Shown in pieces: positions 23,582 through 32,000 of a stretch of DNA of 32,000 nt (within the stretch, counting starts at the first letter, position 1; every line of letters begins with the position of its first letter). The stretch is from Phormidium lacuna HE10JO. Its GTDB lineage: Bacteria; Cyanobacteriota; Cyanobacteriia; Cyanobacteriales; JAAUUE01. A program made the position numbers and the translations under genes. Where the stretch lies: assembly GCA_943370025.1 (NCBI GenBank), contig CALRPI020000018.1, forward strand, positions 561 through 32,560, given 5' to 3'. The notes under the pieces were generated by a model, which searched no databases, was not told the origin of the DNA, and saw only the letters and a program-made list of their open reading frames with translations.

Positions 23582-26170
23582 CTATTTACTTAATTGTATT
23601 TGCTGTTTTACTTGTAAAGCTACTTGAGCTTGGACAAACGGACTATAGATGGGTATCTCCGAATTAATACTCTCAAAACTAGCAGTTAAAGCATAAGGTA
23701 CTTGAGTAGTCGGATCGTTATTCCAGCCTTTATGAGCTACAACTGCTATGCAGAAAGCATCACGCAAATCAAAGGATTTTACAATTGCCCAATCTTTCTG
23801 GACTGTTCCATTTCCTCTAGATGTATTCTTAACACGACTCCCATGATTTTTGTTTTTTCCAAGAGTCCAGTCAAATAAACCTGAGCCATCTTCTTGTTCT
23901 TCAGAAGCCTCATATTTATCAAGAATTTTTTTTAGAAATTTATCTGGAGATTCTCCTTTTTGACTGCATTCCCAATGTAACCAAGTAGATAAATATTTGC
24001 GTTTACTACGCCTTGTTCGGCGTGGCTCAGCTTTGTAGGCAAGTGTAATTTCAACCAGAATATCAAAATCCTCTGCTGGTGATTGCAAAGCTTCAGGAAT
24101 TACTACTTGATAGATATCTGCTTGTTTAGCTTTGATGTAAGTATCACCACTAGTAATTAATGTCACACGATTAGGAGCATTACCAATTGCGCGATCAAGA
24201 TTAGGTAAACCGTAGCCCATCATCCGAATAATTGGTGAGAGGTCTGATTCATTGTTTGTCCATGTAGGCAATCTTGCTGATTGAACAATCAAGGCTTTAT
24301 AAAGCAAACAGCTTTCCTGTGGAAAATTAGCAGCTAATGCGGCGGCAATATAGGTAACTTTAGATGCTGCAAACGATGTCCCCACAGCGTCTGATGAGAT
24401 CGCTGGTGTTCCGCCCATTGTTGTCCTCACTAGTTCAGGACAAACCTCGTTATTAGTTGTAAAACTAGGTGGATCGCCTTCATCTTTAATAAAGTCACCA
24501 CCATATTCCACAACTTCTGGTTTAATCGAATCCCAGATACCATAACCAGTGCAAGAAAATGATGATGGATGATCTTTAGATGCAATTGAAGTTAGTGGTG
24601 GTTGATGATAAGTAATATGAGCAATTGAGCCAACTGTAAGGGCTTGAAAACTTTGAGCAGGATCGGCAACACGAGATGACTTTTCTAACAAATAACTTGG
24701 ATATGGACAGTCATCTTGAAAATGCTCTGTGAGTGTTTTTCGAGTTATGCTAAGCCCTAAGCCACGATTTAATGATAGATTTCCAGCAGAAACAACAAAA
24801 AGAATATCATTTAGCCAGCAAAGGTTATCTATTTCCGCAGCCCAAGCACTCATATAAGTTGTTCGACAAGGACTAGAGCTATTAATGGAATGATTAAAGA
24901 TACGAGTACCTCTTTGGTGATAGAAGTCTACAATTTTTTTAAGGACTTCAGGCATATAGAGATTTAATCTACAATCACCTCCTAATACCCTAGCATTTTG
25001 AAGCCAGCAGATTGCTGATTGACTAGCTTTAGGAATTCCTTGAGGGTATAAAATTGCTCCTGCAACTCTTGTCCCATGCCCTCCACCTTTTACATAATCT
25101 GCCGTTAGATCTATCTCATGAGGAACCCAAGATCGTGAATTATTGCTATCCATAGCAACACGTAATAAAGGATGGCTTTCTTGAATACCGCTATCGATAA
25201 TGCAGACTTTTGGGGCTATTGGCGATGGAGGTTCAAGAGTAAAAGCAGATTCCTGAATACTTGAAGTCCGATTAGCTAAGATTTCTGAAATTTGATCGGG
25301 TTCACTAATTTCAAAAACATATGGATAGTTAGTTGCTAAATCTTTTAAAGCTTTGCCAGAGATTTCAACGCGACAGGAGAAACTATCTGGTAAAAGAGCA
25401 AGGCGAGAACGATCATCATATGAGGCTTCTTGTAAAATAGTTCCGCTAATGTCTGAGATAAATTTTTCAAATTCTAATTGTCTGTTCCACTGTAGATCAT
25501 CCCATTCTTGGAGAGTCTGATCACGTTTGTCAGTCCATTTAGCAACTCTAAGTGCATATTTTGCAGAATCTTCATTTTCGTTTTGAGAAGGATGTAGAGA
25601 AAATTTTGGATTTAGTCCGACACAAGCAATACTGACATCAACTGTATAAATTTGATCGTCTAGAATTTGATCCCATCGCTTAAGCAGATCGGGAGATAAA
25701 ATATATTCCAAACGTTTAAAATTGCCTTCAAGAATTTCCCATATTTCAGCAACTTTGCCACCACCATATTGTTCAAAAATAAATTTTTCAATTTTTTGTT
25801 GCAATTTAGTTAACTCAGCATCAGTATCAGCCGCCGTACCAAGGATGTAACCATCCTCAATCTCTAGGATAACCTCAATTCCAAAGCTTTTGAGATCGTC
25901 TGCATCAAATGATTTGGGATCTATTTTTAATATAAATGATGGAATATTGGGAATTTCTGGCAACCCTTCTTGCTGACGTTCTTCAAATCTAGTTTTCCAA
26001 TCACTCATAATTGTGAACACAGAAGACTGGAGCCTGCGACCATGATTACCTGCATCCCCATGATTGTTAGTAGAACGGCTTGATCGTCGAGGTGGAGTTC
26101 CAGAACGGGCAAAATCTGTAAGTGTGAGTCTTAATGGAATATGCTTAAACTGTTGAGAGCTATCAGACAT
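23582..26170 (-). CDS. Large cytoplasmic S8 (subtilisin-family) serine peptidase, IetS-like
   Basis: The catalytic triad is in D-H-S order: VCIIDSG (D326), GGGHGTRVAG (H365) and GTSFAASKV (S599, codon at 24374-24376). There is no signal peptide. About 315 aa of the N-terminus and about 180 aa of the C-terminus are unassigned. Confidence 0.9.
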   Translation of the reverse strand: MSDSSQQFKHIPLRLTLTDFARSGTPPRRSSRSTNNHGDAGNHGRRLQSSVFTIMSDWKTRFEERQQEGLPEIPNIPSFILKIDPKSFDADDLKSFGIEVILEIEDGYILGTAADTDAELTKLQQKIEKFIFEQYGGGKVAEIWEILEGNFKRLEYILSPDLLKRWDQILDDQIYTVDVSIACVGLNPKFSLHPSQNENEDSAKYALRVAKWTDKRDQTLQEWDDLQWNRQLEFEKFISDISGTILQEASYDDRSRLALLPDSFSCRVEISGKALKDLATNYPYVFEISEPDQISEILANRTSSIQESAFTLEPPSPIAPKVCIIDSGIQESHPLLRVAMDSNNSRSWVPHEIDLTADYVKGGGHGTRVAGAILYPQGIPKASQSAICWLQNARVLGGDCRLNLYMPEVLKKIVDFYHQRGTRIFNHSINSSSPCRTTYMSAWAAEIDNLCWLNDILFVVSAGNLSLNRGLGLSITRKTLTEHFQDDCPYPSYLLEKSSRVADPAQSFQALTVGSIAHITYHQPPLTSIASKDHPSSFSCTGYGIWDSIKPEVVEYGGDFIKDEGDPPSFTTNNEVCPELVRTTMGGTPAISSDAVGTSFAASKVTYIAAALAANFPQESCLLYKALIVQSARLPTWTNNESDLSPIIRMMGYGLPNLDRAIGNAPNRVTLITSGDTYIKAKQADIYQVVIPEALQSPAEDFDILVEITLAYKAEPRRTRRSKRKYLSTWLHWECSQKGESPDKFLKKILDKYEASEEQEDGSGLFDWTLGKNKNHGSRVKNTSRGNGTVQKDWAIVKSFDLRDAFCIAVVAHKGWNNDPTTQVPYALTASFESINSEIPIYSPFVQAQVALQVKQQIQLSK

Positions 26171-27209
26171 GAGCAGTTACAATATCCTGTATTGATTCTT
26201 CTAAATGTTCTTGAATAACAAGCTCTTCTCGATCTAGAATTGCCCGTTTGGCTGCATCTTGAGCAACTCGCACAACCTGAGCCGCCGAGAAACCATTCAT
26301 TTTTTGTACAATTAAGTTCCAATCAATTGAACCAACTGCAACAGAACATAAAGTTTGCTTTAATATTGCCCTAACTTCTAATTCTGTTGGCTTTGGCACT
26401 TCAATAGCATCGTCAAATCTTCGCCACACGGCTTCATCTAAGAACTTAGTTAAGTTAGTAGCAGCTACCAGTAAACCATTTGAAACTTCATATTCATCAA
26501 GGAGTTGTAGAAAAGTATTAACTACACGTTTTATTTCACCAACCTCCTGATTATCCTCACGCGACTTGGCAAGAGCATCACATTCATCAATGAAGAGTAA
26601 ACAAGGAGTTGCCGCCGCAGTTTCAAAGACTTCACGTAAATTTGTAGCAGTTTCGCCTAAAAAGGAAGATACCATTGCATCAAAACGAATTTTAATCAAA
26701 GTTAAGCCCGTATTCCAAGCAATTCTCTCTGCTCCCATAGTCTTACCGCAGCCAGGGGAACCGTAAAGTAATATTTTTTGGCGATAACGCAAACCATGAT
26801 GAGCAAGGCGATCACGAGCAGCATATTCCCGTTCGATCCGACGAAATCTAGTTTCCATAGCATCGGAAAGAACCATGTGATGCCGTAAGCGATCGCGAGG
26901 AACAGTAACAATAAAAGGGTGATTGAATCGGTGTTTACTTGATAATAGAGTTAATGAGCGAGGATCAGAATTTTTAGGTACTGCAAAATTAGAAGTTGAT
27001 AAACTTCTGCCATCATGATCTATTCCCGATGAAGTTTCTAACTTGCTAAGATGATTACTTTTTTGAACAATGTTTTCAAGCTGTTCAGCAAGATTAGTAT
27101 GCCCTTGCTTCCGTTCTTCTTCAACAACTATAGACAACATACCTTGTATTGCCTGCGAATCTTGGCTGGCAACAGCTCGAAATAATCGCTTGAGTACATC
27201 TCCTTTCAT
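26163..27209 (-). CDS. Classical AAA+ ATPase, IetA-like
   Basis: It has Walker A GSPGCGKT (150-157), Walker B LLFIDECD (204-211), sensor-1 VAATN and RRFD arginines. Its stop overlaps the peptidase start (ATGTCTGA). Confidence 0.9.
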   Translation of the reverse strand: MKGDVLKRLFRAVASQDSQAIQGMLSIVVEEERKQGHTNLAEQLENIVQKSNHLSKLETSSGIDHDGRSLSTSNFAVPKNSDPRSLTLLSSKHRFNHPFIVTVPRDRLRHHMVLSDAMETRFRRIEREYAARDRLAHHGLRYRQKILLYGSPGCGKTMGAERIAWNTGLTLIKIRFDAMVSSFLGETATNLREVFETAAATPCLLFIDECDALAKSREDNQEVGEIKRVVNTFLQLLDEYEVSNGLLVAATNLTKFLDEAVWRRFDDAIEVPKPTELEVRAILKQTLCSVAVGSIDWNLIVQKMNGFSAAQVVRVAQDAAKRAILDREELVIQEHLEESIQDIVTAHV

Positions 27210-27440
27210 ATTGAAACCTTTCTATTGTCTATAGATATCTAACCCTAGGATATCTTATGTCTCCTGAAAACTTAGAGAAACTTTACGAAACAAGAAGATT
27301 ACATCTCTATCAAATATTTCTGGCATCTGACCCATACAAAAAACAGAGCTTTTTTGTAACAAAACATTAAGCAAAATGGTATAACTGAGTTGGGAAGAGG
27401 CATTGCCCCGAAATTTATTTACCCATTCATTGGGAATACG

Positions 27441-27473
27441 AAAGATGTCCCGCGCGATGCGCGGGACATCTTT
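27441..27473. repeat. Perfect 15-bp-stem palindrome AAAGATGTCCCGCGC-gat-GCGCGGGACATCTTT
   Basis: It is exactly self-complementary. It lies 31 nt upstream of the psbQ ATG, in the divergent spacer shared with the AAA+ gene. Its core is shared with 11401-11433. Confidence 0.6.
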
Positions 27474-27503
27474 AACAAATTAATGATTAACTCCAACGCA
27501 ATT

Positions 27504-27950
27504 ATGAAAAATTATCGATCGATCCTCAGTGTATTTTTTGCTCTAGTTACCGTCTTCCTCGTTAGTTGCAGCAGCCCTGTCGCCACAACACCTCCAGCTT
27601 TCAATCCCACCCAAATGGAACAAGCTCAACGCTATACCACAGTCCTTCAGGGCATCCGCGATCGCTTCCCAATGTTGGCTGAGGCGATCGCCACAAAAAA
27701 CTGGGTAGACGTGGGAACCATTATTCATGGACCTCTCGGCGAACTTCGCCAAAAAACTGGTTACGCCATTCGGAATATTTTGCCCAAAACCGAAACAGCC
27801 GCCGCCAATAAGATTGCCGATAAAATATTTGTCAGCCTAGAAGCGATCAACAAAGCAGCAGAGGCAAATAATCTCCCGGCTGCCAAAAAGAACTATCAAG
27901 AAGCGGTGAAGTATTTTGATGAGTTCTTGCAACTGCTAGCCAATCAATAA
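27504..27950 (+). CDS. psbQ: Photosystem II lipoprotein PsbQ (CyanoQ)
   Basis: It has a signal peptide plus lipobox (LVSCSSP). KNWVDVGTIIHGPLGELR and the C-terminal helical YQEAVKYFDEFLQLL closely resemble Synechocystis CyanoQ as I recall it. The start is taken at ATG 27504, not the TTG at 27390. Confidence 0.85.
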   Translation: MKNYRSILSVFFALVTVFLVSCSSPVATTPPAFNPTQMEQAQRYTTVLQGIRDRFPMLAEAIATKNWVDVGTIIHGPLGELRQKTGYAIRNILPKTETAAANKIADKIFVSLEAINKAAEANNLPAAKKNYQEAVKYFDEFLQLLANQ

Positions 27951-27979
27951 GATAGCTAGCTGGTAAACTATTGAACTGC

Positions 27980-28072
27980 GATCCCCCCTGCCCCCCTTAA
28001 AAAGGGGGGGAATATTCAAAATCCCCCTTTTTCTAGCGAAGTGGTGCGTTAGCACGGGGATTTAGGGGGATC
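27980..28072. repeat. G/C-tract palindromic element of the same family as 13449-13523
   Basis: The sequence is GATCCCCCCTGCCCCCCTTAAAAAGGGGGGG ... GGGGATTTAGGGGGATC. Its terminal inverted GATCCCCC / GGGGGATC ends are followed by AAC, as in the other copy. It fills the gap between convergent psbQ and the hydrolase gene. Confidence 0.55.
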
Positions 28073-28074
28073 AA

Positions 28075-28971
28075 CTACAAGATTGCTAAGAATTGGCGAA
28101 TTAAACCAGTGGTTACGGCTGGCAGTTCCAACTGGGGAGTCAGCCCCACATCGGCAATGATCTGAAAAGCCTTAATTGCCGTGGGGTTGAGGGCGGCTAG
28201 GCGCTTACCAATTTCTGGGGCAGTGAATTGAGATTTATTGCCCCAGATAATCCCCGTGGGGGTGGTGAGTTGGGGGACATAGCGTGCCAAGTCAAAACAC
28301 AGATCGCCCCGGACAAAAGACAAAGCCGCATACTCTCCATGAGGTTGTTGAGCAGAAGCGAGATATGCCTCGATAATTTCTGGAAACACCCGGCTAGCTT
28401 GGGCAAACTGCCGAGTCGTCAGGAAATTATTAATCCCATCTTTTGTGGCAATGCCCAAACTGTAGAGGAACTTGTCAATCACCGGAGTGCTGATAATTTG
28501 GGCAAAGACACTCCGGGAATAATCTGTGCCAAAATCCGACAAGCCCGAAGGTGTGGTTAGGATCAAAGATTTGAAGAGGTCGGGACGATCGATCGCACAA
28601 CGCACAGTGATAGCCCCGACCAAGGAAGAGGCAATCACCGTCGTCGCCCCAGTACAGGTAGCCTCTAGAAATTCAATGATGGTCTTGGTGTAATCTTCTA
28701 CTTGATAGTTTCTCTCTGGGTGAGCCGATCGCCCCCAGCCAATTAGATCCGGTGCCAAAATCCGATACTCTGTGGCAAAAGCTGGATAAACCTTCGACCA
28801 TTCGTAGGCAGAAGAGCCGCCCCCAAAGCCATGTAAGAATACCAGAGTCGGTAGGTGGGAGTTGTCCTGATTTTCTGCCTCTACCCAAGGAACAGCGGTG
28901 GCTGTGTAGTAGACCATTTTGCCGAGGGAGGTAGCGATCGATTTAGCTGTAAAGCCGGGCGGTTCAATCAT
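28075..28971 (-). CDS. Alpha/beta-fold hydrolase
   Basis: It has an HG oxyanion motif (LVFLHGFGGG). The nucleophile elbow is atypical: IASSLVG rather than G-x-S-x-G. Confidence 0.85.
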   Translation of the reverse strand: MIEPPGFTAKSIATSLGKMVYYTATAVPWVEAENQDNSHLPTLVFLHGFGGGSSAYEWSKVYPAFATEYRILAPDLIGWGRSAHPERNYQVEDYTKTIIEFLEATCTGATTVIASSLVGAITVRCAIDRPDLFKSLILTTPSGLSDFGTDYSRSVFAQIISTPVIDKFLYSLGIATKDGINNFLTTRQFAQASRVFPEIIEAYLASAQQPHGEYAALSFVRGDLCFDLARYVPQLTTPTGIIWGNKSQFTAPEIGKRLAALNPTAIKAFQIIADVGLTPQLELPAVTTGLIRQFLAIL

Positions 28972-29079
28972 AAATATTGAGATAGGAAGAATAGAGATTA
29001 AGAACTTTTAGGGAGAGAATAAGTCTTAGAGGCTAGAGTTATGTTTTCTGCTTCCATCGGTCACAGAAAATCAGCCATC

Positions 29080-29106
29080 CTAGCCACTTTATAAATGGAC
29101 TCTTAG
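29080..29106 (+). repeat. 26-nt TATAAAT box, copy c (CTAGCCACTTTATAAATGGACTCTTAG)
   Basis: It matches copies a and b except for small changes at the 3' end. It lies 69 nt upstream of the DUF1800 gene and points toward it. Confidence 0.5.
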
Positions 29107-29174
29107 CAACAGATACAGCCATCCTAACCGATCCCTAGAAGAGTTGGGTCGGACTTAGTACAACATCACTAGCC

Positions 29175-30665
29175 ATGAAACCAAAATATTTGTATTGGGG
29201 ACTACTCCTAATCCTGTGGCTGGGATTCGCCATGCCAGCTTTGGCAGCAGAGACAGCCGAACCTCATCTCTTGCATACGATTAATCGCCTCAGCTACGGC
29301 TTGCGTCCCGGAGAACTGGAGCAAATCAAGACCCTAGGGATCGATCGCTATCTCCAGAGCCAACTCCAGCCAGAAACCATCCCGGAAAACCCCACCCTCC
29401 TCAACCAGCTCAATCAGCTCGAAACCCTCAACAGATCCCCGGCTCAACTCTACCGAGATACCCGCCCCCAGAACTCCCCTGGGCGCAGACCCACCCCAGC
29501 GGAGCAGAACGCAGCAAGGGAAAAGGAAAATCAGATCCTCAACCAAGCCATAATTGCCCGGTTACTGAGGGCAAATAGTAGTAACCGCCAACTCCAAGAA
29601 GTATTAACTAACTTTTGGTTTAACCATTTCAATGTCTTTGCCAATAAATCCCTGACGACTATCTGGACAGGAGATTATGAACAGCAGGCAATTCGTCCCC
29701 ACGTCCTCGGCAAATTTCGCCAATTACTAGGCGCCACCGCCCATCATCCCGCCATGCTGTTCTATCTTGATAACTGGCAAAATTCAGCCCCCAATCCGGC
29801 GGCAAGGGGCAGGTTTCAGGGCTTGAATGAAAACTATGCTAGGGAGCTTATGGAGCTGCACACCCTAGGAGTGGACAGTGGCTATAGCCAAGCCGATGTA
29901 ATTACCCTCGCGAAAATCTTTACAGGCTGGGGATTTCCTCCTAGGGGACAGAATAGGGAGCGGAGCAGTGAAGAGTACGGATTTTATTTTGACCCTCAGC
30001 GGCACGATCGCAGTGATAAGGTATTTCTGGGGCAGAGTATTGCTGGCGGTGGCATAGAAGAAGGAGAGAAAGCCCTAGATATTTTGGCAAAACATCCGGC
30101 AACAGCTCGTCATCTGAGCTATAAGTTGGCGCAATATTTTGTCGCTGATGAACCGCCAGAGAGTTTGGTCGATCGCTTGGCGAAGAATTTTCTGGAAACC
30201 GACGGAGACCTTGGTCAATTGACAGCCACCCTGATCCGTAGCCCAGAGTTTAATGATCCTCAGTTCTATCGGCAAAAGTTTAAAACTCCCTACGAGTATG
30301 TGATTTCGGTGACCAGATCGCTGGGAGTGACTACCGGCAATTGGCAAGTTTTGCGGGGATTCCTCGCCCAGATGGGAATGCCCGTCTATGGCTGCCTCAC
30401 CCCCGACGGCTATCGACAAACCCAAGCGGCTTGGCTAAACCCCGATGCCATCACCCGGCGGATTAATTTTGCCACGGTTTTCACGAGGGGTCGATCGCCC
30501 TTGTTGCCTGAGAATGCCTCTTCTCCGGTAGCAGTGGATGCCACCCGCTTGGCGAATACCTTGGGAAATAATTTCTCTAGTCAAACCCAAGCGGCGATCG
30601 CCGCCAGTCCTCCAGCCCTCAGAGCAGCACTCCTACTAGGCAGTCCAGAATTTATGTATCGCTAA
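29175..30665 (+). CDS. DUF1800 domain protein (secreted)
   Basis: It has a signal peptide (LLLILWLGFAMPALA) and the FWFNHFNVF signature typical of DUF1800. Confidence 0.85.
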   Translation: MKPKYLYWGLLLILWLGFAMPALAAETAEPHLLHTINRLSYGLRPGELEQIKTLGIDRYLQSQLQPETIPENPTLLNQLNQLETLNRSPAQLYRDTRPQNSPGRRPTPAEQNAAREKENQILNQAIIARLLRANSSNRQLQEVLTNFWFNHFNVFANKSLTTIWTGDYEQQAIRPHVLGKFRQLLGATAHHPAMLFYLDNWQNSAPNPAARGRFQGLNENYARELMELHTLGVDSGYSQADVITLAKIFTGWGFPPRGQNRERSSEEYGFYFDPQRHDRSDKVFLGQSIAGGGIEEGEKALDILAKHPATARHLSYKLAQYFVADEPPESLVDRLAKNFLETDGDLGQLTATLIRSPEFNDPQFYRQKFKTPYEYVISVTRSLGVTTGNWQVLRGFLAQMGMPVYGCLTPDGYRQTQAAWLNPDAITRRINFATVFTRGRSPLLPENASSPVAVDATRLANTLGNNFSSQTQAAIAASPPALRAALLLGSPEFMYR

Positions 30666-30692
30666 TGATTTTTTTACCTATCCACAAAAACT

Positions 30693-31952
30693 ATGCATAA
30701 ACGTAAATTTCTTGCCGGATTATTTTCTACAGGAATGCTGCTGCCCCTAAGCTATCAATTTGGGCAGCAAATTTGGGTTGCTCAGGCTAATCAAGCCCCA
30801 GATAATCCTGACCCCAAACGCTTAATTGTCGTCTTTCTCCGGGGGGCAGTAGATGGGTTGAGTGTGGTGGTTCCCTATAGCGATCGCAACTACTATCAAG
30901 CTCGTCCAAATATTGCTATCCCTCACCCCGGCAGTGCTAATGGAGGTTTAGATTTGGATGGAAATTTTGCCCTCCATCCCGCCCTGAGTTCTCTGCTACC
31001 CCTCTGGCAACAAAAAAGTTTGGCTTTTATTCATGCCTGTGGTTCTCCAGCAAATAGTCGATCGCACTTTGAAGCCCAAGACCAGATGGAAACGGCGAAT
31101 CTTTCTCCCCGCAACTCCGAAGATGGCTGGATGAATCGACTCTTAGCTGTGCTCCCCAACCGGACTCCCATTCAAGCCTTAAACCTCGGCTCCGTCACCC
31201 CACGAATTCTCCGAGGGCAGTTAGCTGTAGCTAGTCTCCCCAACGGGCGGAACTCCACCAGCCGGATTGCCCTAGACAATCCCCAAGTTGCCCAATACTT
31301 CGATCGCCTCTATGCCAATAATGCCAATAGTTCCCATCACAGCACCATCACTCAGGCTTACCAAGAAGGCCGCCAAGCGCGTCAAGAAATCCGCAGTGCC
31401 CTAGAAGCAGAAATGCAGGCTGCCAACAATGGATCCCCACTGCCGAATGGTTTTGCCAGCGATGCCCAACGGCTAGGTCGGCTAATGGGGCAAGATTCTA
31501 GCATTCAACTAGCCTTTGCAGCGTTGGGAGGCTGGGATACCCACGTCAATCAAGGCAGTAGTCAAGGACAATTAGCCACTCGCCTGAAGAGTTTAGGAGA
31601 TGGTTTAGCTGCCCTAGTCCAGAGTTTAGGCGATGTTTATCAAGATACGGCGATCGTGGTGATTTCTGAATTTGGGCGCACTGTCAAAGAAAATGGCAAT
31701 GGCGGCACCGACCACGGCCATGGCAATGTCTTTTGGCTGTTGGGCGGAGGAGTCCAAGGGGGCAAGATCGCCGGACAGTTTCCGGGGTTAGACCCCAGCC
31801 AGCTATTCCAAAACCGCGATTTGGCTGTGACTACAGATTTCCGGGAACTCCTCAGTCAAATTCTGCTCCAGCATCTAGGCTTAAACACAGAGGAAATTGC
31901 CCAAGTATTTCCTAGTTTTCAGTCTACAGGCTCTGGATTAAATTTATTTTAA
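30693..31952 (+). CDS. DUF1501 domain protein (sulfatase/alkaline-phosphatase-like fold)
   Basis: The motifs GGWDTH and SEFGRTVKENGNGGTDHGHG are typical of DUF1501. The Tat-like N-terminus is degenerate (KRKFL). It has the canonical pairing with the DUF1800 gene. Confidence 0.85.
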   Translation: MHKRKFLAGLFSTGMLLPLSYQFGQQIWVAQANQAPDNPDPKRLIVVFLRGAVDGLSVVVPYSDRNYYQARPNIAIPHPGSANGGLDLDGNFALHPALSSLLPLWQQKSLAFIHACGSPANSRSHFEAQDQMETANLSPRNSEDGWMNRLLAVLPNRTPIQALNLGSVTPRILRGQLAVASLPNGRNSTSRIALDNPQVAQYFDRLYANNANSSHHSTITQAYQEGRQARQEIRSALEAEMQAANNGSPLPNGFASDAQRLGRLMGQDSSIQLAFAALGGWDTHVNQGSSQGQLATRLKSLGDGLAALVQSLGDVYQDTAIVVISEFGRTVKENGNGGTDHGHGNVFWLLGGGVQGGKIAGQFPGLDPSQLFQNRDLAVTTDFRELLSQILLQHLGLNTEEIAQVFPSFQSTGSGLNLF

Positions 31953-32000
31953 TGAGGATTTACTCATTGCCAACGAATTGTCGAGAGTTATTGATTTCTG

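Noticed and set aside
27390-27503. A TTG-initiated N-terminal extension of psbQ (186-aa form).
   Set aside because: The extension would translate through the perfect palindrome at 27441-27473 and would precede a complete lipoprotein signal peptide. The ATG at 27504 gives a canonical CyanoQ precursor.
28600-28640. Whether the alpha/beta hydrolase is catalytically dead because its nucleophile elbow reads A-S-S-L-V instead of G-x-S-x-G.
   Set aside because: The serine itself is retained and small-residue variants of the elbow exist. Without an alignment I cannot call it inactive. It is noted only in the feature evidence.

Overview
This is a cyanobacterial chromosomal window. The HIP1 octamer GCGATCGC is frequent, and the window carries psbQ (CyanoQ), a complete urea ABC transporter operon urtABCDE and biosynthetic ilvA. 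Other core genes are ArsR-, TetR- and LysR-type regulators, a GST, a TrkA/RCK protein next to a CPA1 Na+/H+ antiporter, a GNAT, an MBL-fold/ferredoxin protein, an alpha/beta hydrolase and a DUF1800/DUF1501 pair. Two patches look horizontally acquired because they are HIP1-poor and locally AT-rich. Patch (i), about 15.2-20.8 kb, starts exactly at the ilvA stop codon. It holds a brnTA toxin-antitoxin cassette bracketed by a diverged duplicate of the last ~40 codons of ilvA, an orphan small membrane protein and a DUF2442 gene. It also holds an IS1-family element with an A7 frameshift site that separates two gene fragments, and a type II R-M pair (HTH-fused C5 methyltransferase plus a PD-(D/E)xK-like nuclease candidate). 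Patch (ii), 23.6-27.2 kb, is a translationally coupled AAA+ ATPase -> 862-aa cytoplasmic S8 subtilase operon. I consider this the best candidate defence-type system in the window. Its composition is IetAS-like and its mechanism is unknown. Intergenic DNA is rich in structured repeats: CAGTTAT-type heptamer arrays, a ~60-nt hairpin+TATAAAT box family, perfect CCGCGC-NAT-GCGCGG palindromes and nested MITE-like foldbacks. A canonical NtcA-type promoter lies upstream of urtA. All calls rest on reading the sequence and translations by eye. No database searches were run.
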